Origin: Flavobacteriales bacterium | GTDB taxonomy: Bacteria > Bacteroidota > Bacteroidia > Flavobacteriales > UBA7312 | Length of the DNA: 64,000 nucleotides | Assembly: GCA_965277895.1 (NCBI GenBank) | Contig: CBDIDR010000001.1 | Location: forward strand, 1,121,560-1,185,559 | Direction: 5' to 3' | In this document: positions 29,301-38,400 of the stretch, one piece after another | Numbering within the stretch: position 1 is the first letter of the stretch | Layout: each line of letters starts with the position of its first letter | Made by a program: the position numbers and the translations under genes | Notes under the pieces: model-generated | The model's database searches: none | What the model was told of the DNA's origin: nothing | The model's input: only the letters and a program-made list of their open reading frames with translations

Positions 29301-30061
29301 TCATCAGGAACATAGGTTAACAAGCCGTTAGTAGAATTGTATAGCTCAGTAATTTCAGTTTCAGTTAATGCTCTTGACCAATATGATAAGTCGTCCAATT
29401 TACCACTGAATAAGTACCAATGACCATTAGCCATATGTGTTTCACCAAATGTTAAATCAGTCTCTGAATAACTAATTTGACCTGATGAAGATATTTCACT
29501 ATCTAATTCTCCATTAATGTACTTTTTCAGATTAACCCCATCAAAGGTCATTACGACATGATTCCATTCATTATAATTAATTGGATTTGGACTCGAATGT
29601 GTTAAATCTATATCATCAATAACTATTTGCGAATAATACTCTCCTGAATAGCTTATTTGATTTCTAAATACTGACGTTCCGTTTCCATCCCATCTCCCCA
29701 TGATTGTATGAGATCTATTATTAAAAGGCGAAGGTTTTTCATTTAATAAAACCCAAGCACTCATTGTAAATGCATTAACATCAGGAATAGATGGATTTTC
29801 AACAACAATGCGGTTTTGTGCAGAGCCCCAACCTCCAGCGCTTTCTACATTGAATTCATAAGCACTATTTTCATTACCAAAACGATCAGTTGACAACGTT
29901 GCACCATAAACAATTCCATCATTAGAATTGGTGCTTTCATCGTTAGCATTTCCATTAAATGACCACCAGCCAACTAAACCATCATTTGATATATTATCAG
30001 GTATTTGTCCAAATCCAAAAAATGGAATTAATAGAATGATAATTGTATATAATGCTTTCAT
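20351..30061 (-). CDS. Giant (3236 aa) T9SS surface protein: LamG, 2 x LRR block, GCDS repeats with an internal second LamG, FN3-like triplet, type A CTD
   Basis: Signal GFG|Q; LVGWWSFNGNANDES...GKLDDLSYWSRAL; YVPDDNFEQALID x2; 30 CD..W..Y..GCDS modules; VYPNPS...HKLILQ. Confidence 0.9.
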   Translation of the reverse strand: MKALYTIIILLIPFFGFGQIPDNISNDGLVGWWSFNGNANDESTNSNDGIVYGATLSTDRFGNENSAYEFNVESAGGWGSAQNRIVVENPSIPDVNAFTMSAWVLLNEKPSPFNNRSHTIMGRWDGNGTSVFRNQISYSGEYYSQIVIDDIDLTHSSPNPINYNEWNHVVMTFDGVNLKKYINGELDSEISSSGQISYSETDLTFGETHMANGHWYLFSGKLDDLSYWSRALTETEITELYNSTNGLLTYVPDDNFEQALIDFGYDDILDNYVLTENISGLTYIDLCTKDIADLTGIEDFVSLTNLCCAENQLTALDLSNNTQLETLNANANQLTSVDISNSPALYELNIRINQLTEIDLSNNIELINLDINANLLTNLDLSNNTNLSTLNCGVNSILALDLSNNVDLTSVNCGFNNITSLDFSNNPDLTYINCRANELTFLNVTNNTLLNELNFSSNQLLNIDLTNNLLLEVVTGIYNNDLQTIDVSNNDSLKVLLLYACDLISIDLSNNLSLTDLNLNGNQLSYLDLSNNSNLINLNVSVNYNLTFLDLRNGNNINMSLNATASNLTCINVDDTEWATENWTNDNGSIDTQVSFSEDCQNLTYVPDDNFEQALIDFGYDNVLDDYVLTENISDITYLNVSTKGISDLTGIEDFESLEILYCFENNLSSLDISFNSNLITLYCYNNQITNIDISQNQNLESFDIGNNNLSSIDVSNNTSLTLLHCYNNQLSSIDVSQNTLLINLYCWGNQISNLDISQNLELTKLQCYDNLLSILDISLNTELEDLYCSSNQLSSLDISNNIDLKVLRCGINQLSSLDVSNNLDLEIIYCSNNSITELDVSTNSFLSEFYCRVNELTKLDVSNNTNLTILNCSNNDLDSLNLKNGNNTQLVLTATSNPDLFCITVDDTDWSSANWTIDNQSINNWNSFSEDCELGFVTFGCTDSSSCNFQPTANTDDGSCIYIESNDTIISCDNYFWNDSMYYQSGDYSDTLTSVEGCDSITNLNLIILQSDSIFNDTTVCDEFIWAEDTIISSGNYFFAYTNSNGCDSIHYFDVTINPSSEAIDEKFTCEDSFLWLDNNTYFEDNITAQYIIANEYNCPLTITLNLTFLENPTSLTTVEECDSYTWNGSTYNTSGQYTYTTTADNGCDSTATLDLTINDSQFSTDVQFDCNEFTWIDGITYTESNNSATVTLTANDGCDSIVTLNLTIYESDNTFSSITVCDEFIWNNISYTQSGLYTNTFVNSNGCDSTHTYDLTILESTFGIDTQVHCDEYTWIDGNTYTQSTNSPTFTLTNSLGCDSIVILDLSILESTSSFTSASACESYLWNDSLYTESGLKVFNTTNSVGCDSIARLFLTIYEPTFATDTQVHCDEFTWIDGISYTESNNSATHTIIGGNSNGCDSIVTLNLTIFNSVNTFGDTTVCDEFVWNGINYTESGIFSNTFVNSNGCDSTHTYDLTIFESTFGIDTQVHCDEYTWIDGNSYTQSTNSPTFTLTNSLGCDSIVILNLSILESTSSFTSASACESYLWNDSLYTESGLKVFNTTNSVGCDSIARLFLTIYEPTFGTDTQVHCDEFTWIDGISYTENNNSATHTIISGNSNGCDSIVTLNLTIYQSDTSLTEITICDSYEWNGNVYTENGIYTNSSQQGDNIFSLDFDGTNDYITFGDILNNPTFPISFQYNVKLSTDLALGESITAFHTDNDIINGSIYYGIWSHISNTGISINYGDGTGQGQADRRSYNAENLNLNHGQWYNIVTIIRGPQDMSIYLDGIEYIGAYSGSGGTIANSENTFQIASINTSGYSPSFAKCSIDNFSYWDLDLSLSDIQKYMSCSPSGEEEGLQLYLDFEEGEGNTVYDLSGNGNDGIIYGANYSSDIIEQSCQLTSSLTGCDSVAVLNLTILESTFGIDSQVHCDNYTWINGITYTESTSSPTYALTNSVGCDSVVTLNLSILESDSTFTNETHCDQLVWDDSTYTISGIYTNYYTNVEGCDSSHTINLSIYYSDSSFAQITACDEFVWEGSVYTESGIYTNSYINSNGCDSTNTLDLTILNSSSGTDTQVHCDNYTWINGITYTESTSSPTYALTNSVGCDSVVTLNLSILESDSTFTNETHCDQLVWDDSTYTISGIYTNYYTNVEGCDSSHTINLSIYYSDSSFAQITACDEFVWEGSVYTESGIYTNSYINSNGCDSTNTLDLTILNSSSGTDTQVHCDNYTWINGITYTESTSSPTYALTNSVGCDSVVTLNLSILESDSTFTNETHCDQLVWDDSTYTISGIYTNYYTNVEGCDSSHTINLSIYYSDSSFAQITACDEFVWEGSVYTESGIYTNSYINSNGCDSTNTLDLTILNSSSGTDTQVHCDNYTWIDGITYTQSTSSPTYVLTNSVGCDSVVSLNLSILESDSTFINETHCDEFIWNDSTYTSTGTYTNNYINTIGCDSIVTLNLTINNSANTFENISICDVFIWDDSTYTESGSYINNYTTTYGCDSTHTINLTILNSNSGTDVEEHCDEFTWIDGITYTESTSSPTYTLTNSVGCDSLVTLNLTIYNSYNLDTNITSCDAFVWDDSTYIESGVYTNIYSSINGCDSVYTINLSLLETTYGIDSIVSCDEYTWIDGISYTENTNSPTFTLTNSVGCDSVVNLNLTILESTETNTSIVACGSFEWYGTTYYQSGTYYNYSINSVGCDIIEVLELTIENCGCIDPIADNFNPNATLDDGSCVYCESFSIIITASSDVSEVGGNDGYVFASGIGGSAQYSLNVFDENFIPQNPFGLTAGIYTVAVFDAVTGCVAETLFTIYEPTVYFNCTNLGCVESSVVDDSYSTLEECEANCSSVTVSPCDSVPNGLFVDNIIDNRIRFNWSPTEVAPSHYMIRYRELGTNSWTVITAGPVNTQAYYGTSRTRYFMEPATTYEWSIRARVLNDDLSIDCQSAWSATSEYTTLAACANLENLSVFTEANWVTFFADAPSQEWGVWQSKGKIREFGSTNYRYVNGDDNGNINSLKGNFTESTNYEWHTKAWCTANVDEDGNSDPMYHSGWGEFSNFTTEDPCDKMPINLSTSSNGANTAVIMSWDTPPSGNPDHYFLEMTNITSGDVYEWNNIPGTDNSKTKFNQSSGDEISWKIRGACGTNGTSFATPFSSTVYYVLGGEKLSNLQNLMVYPNPSRKEFNISFDISERQIVDMKVVNSIGQEVYENSLEIKGTFDTKIDLSGYSKGVYNLSIETTDGIKNHKLILQ
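22961..24319 (-). repeat. Perfect tandem repeat, 3 x 447 bp plus 18 bp (149-aa unit of three GCDS modules)
   Basis: Copies at 22961, 23408 and 23855 read identical base by base; identical shadow ORFs at 23056, 23503 and 23950. Confidence 0.95.
25227..26338 (-). repeat. Near-identical duplication with 606-bp period (202 aa, four modules)
   Basis: Matching anchors at 25241/25847, 25321/25927 and 25681/26287; boundaries approximate. Confidence 0.85.
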
Positions 30062-30170
30062 AAAGAAAATTGTTAAGTATCAGTAAAAGTAAATTATTGT
30101 TTTTAAATCAATAGTTCATATTTAGTACTTTTTGATTTATTTAGGTTTTAGTTTGAATAATTATATTAAG

Positions 30171-30178
30171 TATTTTTG
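30171..30178 (+). promoter_or_regulatory. -7 promoter element upstream of the Kelch gene
   Basis: TATTTTTG, 29 nt before the GTG. Confidence 0.5.
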
Positions 30179-30207
30179 TACCTATCTAACTTTCAAACCT
30201 TTTTCAA

Positions 30208-32373
30208 GTGAATAATATACTTAATGCAATATTATTTTGTTTCTTTTTTTGTCTATCAACTGCTAGTCTATTTGCACAAGAATGGAGTGTTATGCCTTCT
30301 TACAATGGGGATAGTAGACATCACCCTATAACATTTTCTAATGATACATATGGTTTTGTAATTGCTGGTCAGACTGGTCCTGGCGAATATCTTGAAGATG
30401 TACACCGATTTGACTCTCAAACAAATACTTGGGAGCAGTTAGCCAATTTTCCTGGTGGTCCAAGGGGTTTCGGATACGGTGTTGCTAGTGGCAATAAGGC
30501 CTATTTGGGTTTCGGCAGAAATAACGAAGGCTATACAAACGATTGGTGGGAGTATGATATGCAAAATGACATATGGACACAGTTGGCCGATTTTCCATCT
30601 GCAGGAAGAATTCACCCCGCTTTAGTGATTGTCAATGAAAGTGTATATATGGGCTTAGGTGGTAATTCGTTTGGAAACTTAGGCGATTGGTGGGAATATA
30701 ATATAGAAGATGATGAATGGACTCAAAAAGCTGATTTTGAATTTGGAGACAGACACCATCCGTTTTACTTTGGAATAGGTGATTATCCTTATGTCGGTTT
30801 TGGTCATGGCAACTCATTAGGCAATGGCTATAATATTTACAACGATTTTTATAAATACGACCCATTCATCGATGAGTGGATTGTTATGTCTGAATTACCA
30901 GCTGAAGGTAGGGTAGCAGGAACGCAGTTTTCCTACAATGGAAAAGGTTATACCCTGAGTGGTGATGGTGATGACCACAGTACTTTAGACTCGGGTGAAT
31001 TATGGGAATATGACCCGCAGAATGATAGCTGGTTGCAGTTAGACTCACATCCTGGAAATTCTAGATGGGCTCCGGGCTGTTTTGTCATCAATTGTAATGT
31101 ATATTTTACCTCTGGATTAGATAGGCAATCGGGTACGTATTACAACGATATGCTAATGGCACAGTTAGGTGATGCATGCGGTTGTTTGGACAGTAATGCA
31201 ATTAACTATAATTCATCTTCGACTCTTCAGGATAACTCTTGCTGTTATATTTCAGGCTGTACAGATCCTTCTGCTTTGAACTACGATGGAGAAGCGTGTT
31301 TTGATGATGGAAGTTGTGTAGAGGTCAATATTGGTTGCGATAATCCCATGTCCTCTAATTATGATGCAATGGCGAATAGCTTAGATGGATTGGGAGGTCC
31401 ATTAGATATATACGAATTAGGTGTAGGCAGTTACCATTATGGTAATGCTTATGATATGGTCTTTGACTGTTTGGAAGAAGTAACGCTTAACTCTGTTGAC
31501 GTATATGCTCAAACAGATTTTTCCATCCAAGTTGAAATTCAGGACGAAAACGATATTCAAGTTTTTAGTAATACGTTTTCGCTTTCTACTGGACTTAATA
31601 CCTTATCATTGGATTATGAAATAGAAATTGGAGAGAATTACAAAATTGGAATTGAAGGAGAAAACTTTGGTCTTTTCAGAAATAACTTTGTTGATTCTAC
31701 CATTTTTCCATTATATATTGCTGATGCACTTTCTATAACAGCCAATACAACAGATAGCCCACAATCGTATTTTTATTATTTCTATAATTGGAACATAACT
31801 GCTAGTTGTGACGCTACCTTTGGGTGTACTGATTCTCTAGCGTGTAATTACCAAGAATTTGCACTAAATGATGACAGTAGTTGTGTTTTCCCTCAACTAG
31901 GTTATGACTGCGAAGGAAATTGTTTGTTTGGCGACTTAGATAATGACAGTATATGTGATTGCGAGGATATGCAAATTATTATTGAGGATTGCGATTGTGA
32001 AGGCAATGATCCCAATACCTTTACGGTTTTCTATAATGATGTAGATGAGAATGTATGTGTTGTATATGAATTTTGTGATTGCGAATGCTACAATGATTTT
32101 GATAATGATGGCATTTGTGATGAAAACGAAAAAAGTTGGAATTGTGTAGATAATGTATGCATTGACCCACTAGATGGTTTAGGTACTTATTTAAGTCTAG
32201 AAGACTGTGAGTCTAGTTGTCAATTACCAACAGGTGTAGGAGAATTTCAAACTACTAAACGCCTTGTAAAGGTTACAAACTTACTCGGTCAAGAAATTAC
32301 TCCAAACAAAAATATTCAAATGCTCTATATTTATGAAGATGGCACTGTTTTAAAGAGATTTATTGTCAATTAA
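30208..32373 (+). CDS. Secreted Kelch-repeat beta-propeller protein with Cys-rich linkers and short variant tail
   Basis: Signal LFA|Q; repeated G..G...WWEYD...W.QLADFP...R blades; GCTD motifs; DxDNDxICD units; tail NLLGQ...YIYEDGTVLKRFIVN. Confidence 0.85.
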   Translation: MNNILNAILFCFFFCLSTASLFAQEWSVMPSYNGDSRHHPITFSNDTYGFVIAGQTGPGEYLEDVHRFDSQTNTWEQLANFPGGPRGFGYGVASGNKAYLGFGRNNEGYTNDWWEYDMQNDIWTQLADFPSAGRIHPALVIVNESVYMGLGGNSFGNLGDWWEYNIEDDEWTQKADFEFGDRHHPFYFGIGDYPYVGFGHGNSLGNGYNIYNDFYKYDPFIDEWIVMSELPAEGRVAGTQFSYNGKGYTLSGDGDDHSTLDSGELWEYDPQNDSWLQLDSHPGNSRWAPGCFVINCNVYFTSGLDRQSGTYYNDMLMAQLGDACGCLDSNAINYNSSSTLQDNSCCYISGCTDPSALNYDGEACFDDGSCVEVNIGCDNPMSSNYDAMANSLDGLGGPLDIYELGVGSYHYGNAYDMVFDCLEEVTLNSVDVYAQTDFSIQVEIQDENDIQVFSNTFSLSTGLNTLSLDYEIEIGENYKIGIEGENFGLFRNNFVDSTIFPLYIADALSITANTTDSPQSYFYYFYNWNITASCDATFGCTDSLACNYQEFALNDDSSCVFPQLGYDCEGNCLFGDLDNDSICDCEDMQIIIEDCDCEGNDPNTFTVFYNDVDENVCVVYEFCDCECYNDFDNDGICDENEKSWNCVDNVCIDPLDGLGTYLSLEDCESSCQLPTGVGEFQTTKRLVKVTNLLGQEITPNKNIQMLYIYEDGTVLKRFIVN

Positions 32374-32451
32374 TTCAATTTTAAAACAAAATAAATACAC
32401 ATACTTATCTGTTTGTACTAAATGTGTATCAAATAGAAAATAGATATTTTA

Positions 32452-32459
32452 TATATTTG
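32452..32459 (+). promoter_or_regulatory. -7 promoter element upstream of the 2526-aa gene
   Basis: TATATTTG, 19 nt before the ATG. Confidence 0.6.
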
Positions 32460-32478
32460 GCTTCTTAACCTATCTTTT

Positions 32479-35400
32479 ATGAAGCATTTTACTAAGTATA
32501 TTTTCTTGTTATTTTTATTCTTCAATGCTACTGTTTCTTTTTCGCAAGGCCCTTCAATATCTGAAGTGATTTCTGGTTGTACGGATTCCGAAGCTTGTAA
32601 TTATAACCCTGAAGCAAATACAGACGACGGTTCATGTGTTGAGCAAAGTATGTTCACCTTAACTGTTGAAACCTGTGAAGAAGAATTTTTATGGTATGAT
32701 ACCATTCGTACTACATCTGGTACTTATGTTATTCCAGCAAATGATACTCTAAGTTGTGATAGTATTCTTGAACTAACTCTATTACAAAATTACTCAACAA
32801 CTAGTGATACAACAGTTTGTGATGAGTTTGTTTGGGAAGAAGATACTATTACTTCTAGTGGTTTACATACTAAGTCTTTTACTGCAGAAAATGGTTGTGA
32901 CAGCACGCACACTTTTAATGTTACTGTAAATACAAGTACTTATACTTTTTCTGAAGAAACAGCTTGTGGTAGTTATTTCTGGCCAACAGATCAGCAAGAG
33001 TATTTTCAAAGTGGAACTTACCAATTTGAATATACAAATAGTAATGAGTGCCCAAGTCTTGTAGAATTAGACTTAACCATTAATGAAACTTATTATATAA
33101 TTGATACTATTGTAGAAGTTTGTGATAGTTATACATGGCGAGGTGAGACTTATTTTCAAACAGGTACATTTGCTAAGGAATTTCAATCCCAAAATAATTG
33201 TGATAGTATTATAATTTTAGACTTAACAATTTATAATTCTGATACAACAGAAAGTGATATTACTGTTTGTGATGAGTTTGTTTTGCAAGGAAATACTTAC
33301 ACTACAAGTGGTGTTTACTTTACTGCTGGATTAGAAAATATAAATGGGTGCGATAGCACTCATTTTTACAACGTTACTATTAATTCGACTGAATATGAAA
33401 CAGATTTTAAACAAATTTGTTCAGATTCTTATACCTGGATAAATGGCGTTACATATTTTGATAATAATAATACTGATCAAGTTATATTAACTAATGGTGC
33501 TAGTGGTACATGTGACTTAATAGTTACGTTAGACTTAATATTTTTAGAACCTTCATCATCTGTTCAGACTGTTGATACATGTAATTCATATCAATGGATT
33601 GATGGCATTACATATACTGAGAGTACAGATTCAGCTATATTCATTACAGAAAACTCAGTTGGCTGTGATAGTGTCATTACTCTTAATTTAACAATTTACA
33701 ATTCTGATACTACATCTAGTAATATTACTTCTTGTAATGAATATACATGGGAAGATTCTACATATACTGAAAGTGGTAGTTATACTAAAACATTATTAAA
33801 TCAAAATAGTTGCGATAGTATTCATACACTTAACTTAATCATTAATTATTCTGATAGTACATTTAGTGATATAACAGTTTGTGATGAATTTGTTTGGCAA
33901 GGAGACACTTATACTGAAAGTGATACCGTAACAAAAACTCTAACAAATTCAAATGGCTGTGACAGTGTTCATACTTACTTCCTAACAATTATTGAAAGTT
34001 CATTTGGAACAGACATTCAAGAGTCTTGTGATGCATTTACTTGGATTGATGGTATTTCATACACAGAAAGTACTAATTCTCCAACTTTCATTCTTGAAAA
34101 TTCAGTTGGTTGTGATAGTGTAGTAACTCTTGACCTAACAATTAACTATTCGGATAGCACATTTAGTGACACTACAGTTTGTAATGCCTTTGTATGGGAT
34201 GATAGCACTTACACTGCTAGTGGACTATATACTAATGAATATATAAATGCTAATGGTTGCGATAGCACACATACGTTTAACCTAATTGTTAATTATTCTG
34301 ATACAATATTTGTTGATAGTACTGTTTGTGATGTATTTGTATGGTTAGGAGATACTTATACTGAAAGTGATACCATAACAAAAACATTAGAAAATTCAAA
34401 TGACTGTGATAGTGTTGTAACCATAGATTTAACTATTGTAAATAGTTCTCTTACAACATTTATTGATAGCACTGTTTGTAACGAATTATTTTGGGAAGAT
34501 AGTACCTATACAGAAAGTGGTACAATCACTAGAACATTTACAAATTCAGTAGGTTGTGATAGTGTTGTTACTTTGAATTTAACTGTATACGAGGATAATT
34601 TTTCAATTTCAACTGCTCAAGTATGTGATTCATATTTTTGGAACGACTCTATCTATACTGAAAGTGGTATTTACACATTTGAAGCAACAGGTCAATTTGG
34701 ATGCGATAGTGTTGCAACATTAGAATTAACAATATTAGAAAAAAGCTATTCTACCGATACTCGTTTTGAATGTGATACTTTAATCTGGTTAGATGGTAAT
34801 ACGTATACTGCAAGTAATAATACGGCAACATATACCATCGAAGACGGAAATTCAAATGGATGCGATAGTATCATAACACTTGACTTAACAATTCATGAAG
34901 TTGATTCAATTTCTAGTGATACTACTGTTTGTGATGAATTTATTTGGGAAGGTGTCACTTACACTGAAAGTGATACAATTACAAGAACTCTTGTAGCTTC
35001 AAATGGTTGTGACAGCATCCACACTATTATTTTAACTGTAAATGAAACTACTTTTGGAATAGATATTCAAGAACATTGTGAAGAGTATGAATGGATAGAT
35101 GGTAATACGTATGATGAAAGTAATAATACTGCTACATTCACTTTAACAAATTCGTTAGGTTGTGACAGTATAGTAACGCTTGATCTAACCATATTAGAAA
35201 GTTCGTCATCATTTACATCAGCAAGTGCTTGTGATAGTTATTTGTGGAATGATTCCTTATACACAGAATCAGGCTTAAAAACATTTATTACAACGAATGT
35301 TGCAGGCTGTGATAGTATTGCTAGAGTTTTCTTGACTATCAATGAAAGTACTAGCGGAATAGATACTCAAATTCATTGTGATGAATATACTTGGATTGAT

Positions 35401-38400
35401 GGTATTACTTACACAGAAAGCACTAATTCTGTTACCGACACATTGCTTAATGCACTGGGTTGTGATAGTGTAGTCACTCTTGACCTTACGATTAACTATT
35501 CGGATAGTACATTTAGTGATACAACCGTTTGTGATGTATTTGTTTGGGGAGATAGTACTTATACAGAATCAGGACTATATACTCATGAATTTGAAAATGT
35601 TAATGAATGTGACAGTACGCATACTATTAATCTAATTGTTAATTATTCGGACAGCACATTTAGTGATACTACGGTTTGTGATGTATTTGTATGGGATGGT
35701 GATACACTCACTGTAAGTAATTCATATACTAAACTGTATACAAATAGTAATGGATGCGATAGTACACATACAGTTAATCTAACTGTAAATGAGTCTACTT
35801 TTGGTACAGATGTTCAAGTACATTGCGATGAATATATTTGGATTGACGGCATTACATATACCGAGAGTACAGACTTAGCAACATTTGTACTAACTAATTC
35901 AGTAGGTTGTGATAGTGTAGTCACTCTTGACCTAACGATTTACTATTCAGACAGCACATTTAGTGATACAACAGTTTGCAACGTATTTGTTTGGGGCGAT
36001 AGCACTTACACTGAAAGCGGTGTTTATACACAAGATTTCGAAAATGTTAATGATTGTGACAGTACGCATACTGTTAATCTAATTGTTAACTATTCAGACA
36101 GCACATTCAGTGATACAACAGTTTGCGATGTATTTGTTTGGGACGGTGACACACTCACTGTAAGTAATTCATATTCTAAACTGTATACAAATAGTAATGG
36201 ATGTGATAGTACACATACTTATAATCTTACGGTAAATGAATCTACAAGTGGAACAGATATTCAAGTACATTGCGATGACTTTACTTGGATTGACGGCATT
36301 ACATATACCGAGAGTACAGACTTAGCAACATTTGTACTAACTAATTCAGTAGGTTGTGATAGTGTAGTCACTCTTGACCTAACGATTTACAATTCGGATA
36401 GCACATTTAGTGATACAACCGTTTGTGATGTATTTGTTTGGGGCGATAGCACTTACACTGAAAGCGGTGTTTATACACAAGATTTCGAAAATGTTAATGA
36501 TTGTGACAGTACGCATACTGTTAATCTAATTGTTAACTATTCAGACAGTACATTCAGTGATACAACAGTTTGCGATGTATTTGTATGGGATGGTGATACA
36601 CTCACTGTAAGTAATTCATATACTAAACTGTACTCAAACACTAATGGTTGCGATAGTACACATACATACAACCTTACTGTAAACGAATCTACAAGTGGAA
36701 CAGATATTCAAGAATCTTGTGATGAGTTTACTTGGATTGACGGTATAACCTACACAGAGAGTACAGATTCAGCAACATTTGTGTTAATCAATTCAGTTGG
36801 ATGTGATAGTACAGTAACACTTGACCTAACAATTAACTATTCGGATAGTACATTTAGTGATACTACTATTTGTGATGATGTATTTGTATGGGATGATAGC
36901 ACCTATATTGTAAGCGGGCAATATGCCAATGAGTATGTAAACAGTTTTGGCTGTGATAGTATTCATACTGTTAATCTAACCATTAACTATTCAGACAGTA
37001 CATTTAGTGATACCACCGTTTGTGATGTATTTGTATGGGATGGTGATACATTCACTGTAAGTAATTCATATACTAAACTATATACAAATAGTAATGGTTG
37101 CGATAGTACACACACGTATAACCTAACAGTAAATGAATCTACAAGTGGAACAGATATTCAAGAGTCTTGTGATGAGTTTACTTGGATTGACGGTGTAATT
37201 TATACCGAGAGTACAGATTCAGCAACATTTGTATTAATCAATTCAGTTGGATGTGATAGTACAGTAACACTTGACCTAACGATTAATTATTCGGATAGCA
37301 CATTTAGTGACACTACAGTTTGTGATGCCTTTGTATGGGATGATAGCACTTACACTACTAGTGGACTATATACTAATGAATACACAAATGCTAATGGTTG
37401 TGATAGCTCACATACTGTTAACCTAATTGTAAACTATTCAGACAGTACATTTAGTGACACCACCGTATGTAATGTATTTGTTTGGGGAGATAGTACTTAT
37501 ACACAATCAGGAGTGTATACCCATGAATTTGAAAATGTTAATGAATGTGACAGTACGCATACTATTAACCTTTTAGTTAACTATTCAGACAGTACATTCA
37601 GTGATACTACGGTTTGTGATGTATTTGTATGGGATGGTGACACACTAACTGTAAGTAATTCATATACTAAACTGTATTCAAATGCTAATGGTTGCGATAG
37701 TACACACACGTATAACCTAACAGTAAATGAATCAACATTTGGAACAGATGTTCAAGAATCTTGTGATGAGTTTACTTGGATTGACGGTATAACCTACACA
37801 GAGAGTATAGATTCAGCAACATTTGTATTAATCAATTCAGTTGGATGTGATAGTACAGTAACACTTGACCTAACGATTAATTATTCGGATAGCACATTTA
37901 GTGACACTACAGTTTGTGATGCCTTTGTATGGGATGATAGCACTTACACTACTAGTGGACTATATACTAATGAATACACAAATGCTAATGGTTGTGATAG
38001 CTCACATACTGTTAACCTAATTGTAAACTATTCAGACAGTACATTTAGTGACACCACCGCATGTAATGTATTTGTTTGGGGAGATAGTACTTATACACAA
38101 TCAGGAGTGTATACCCATGAATTTGAAAATGTTAATGAATGTGACAGTACGCATACTATTAACCTTTTAGTTAACTATTCAGACAGTACATTCAGTGATA
38201 CTACGGTTTGTGATGTATTTGTATGGGATGGTGACACACTAACTGTAAGTAATTCATATACTAAACTGTATTCAAATGCTAATGGTTGCGATAGTACACA
38301 CACGTATAACCTAACAGTAAATGAATCAACATTTGGAACAGATGTTCAAGAATCTTGTGATGAGTTTACTTGGATTGACGGTATAACCTACACAGAGAGT

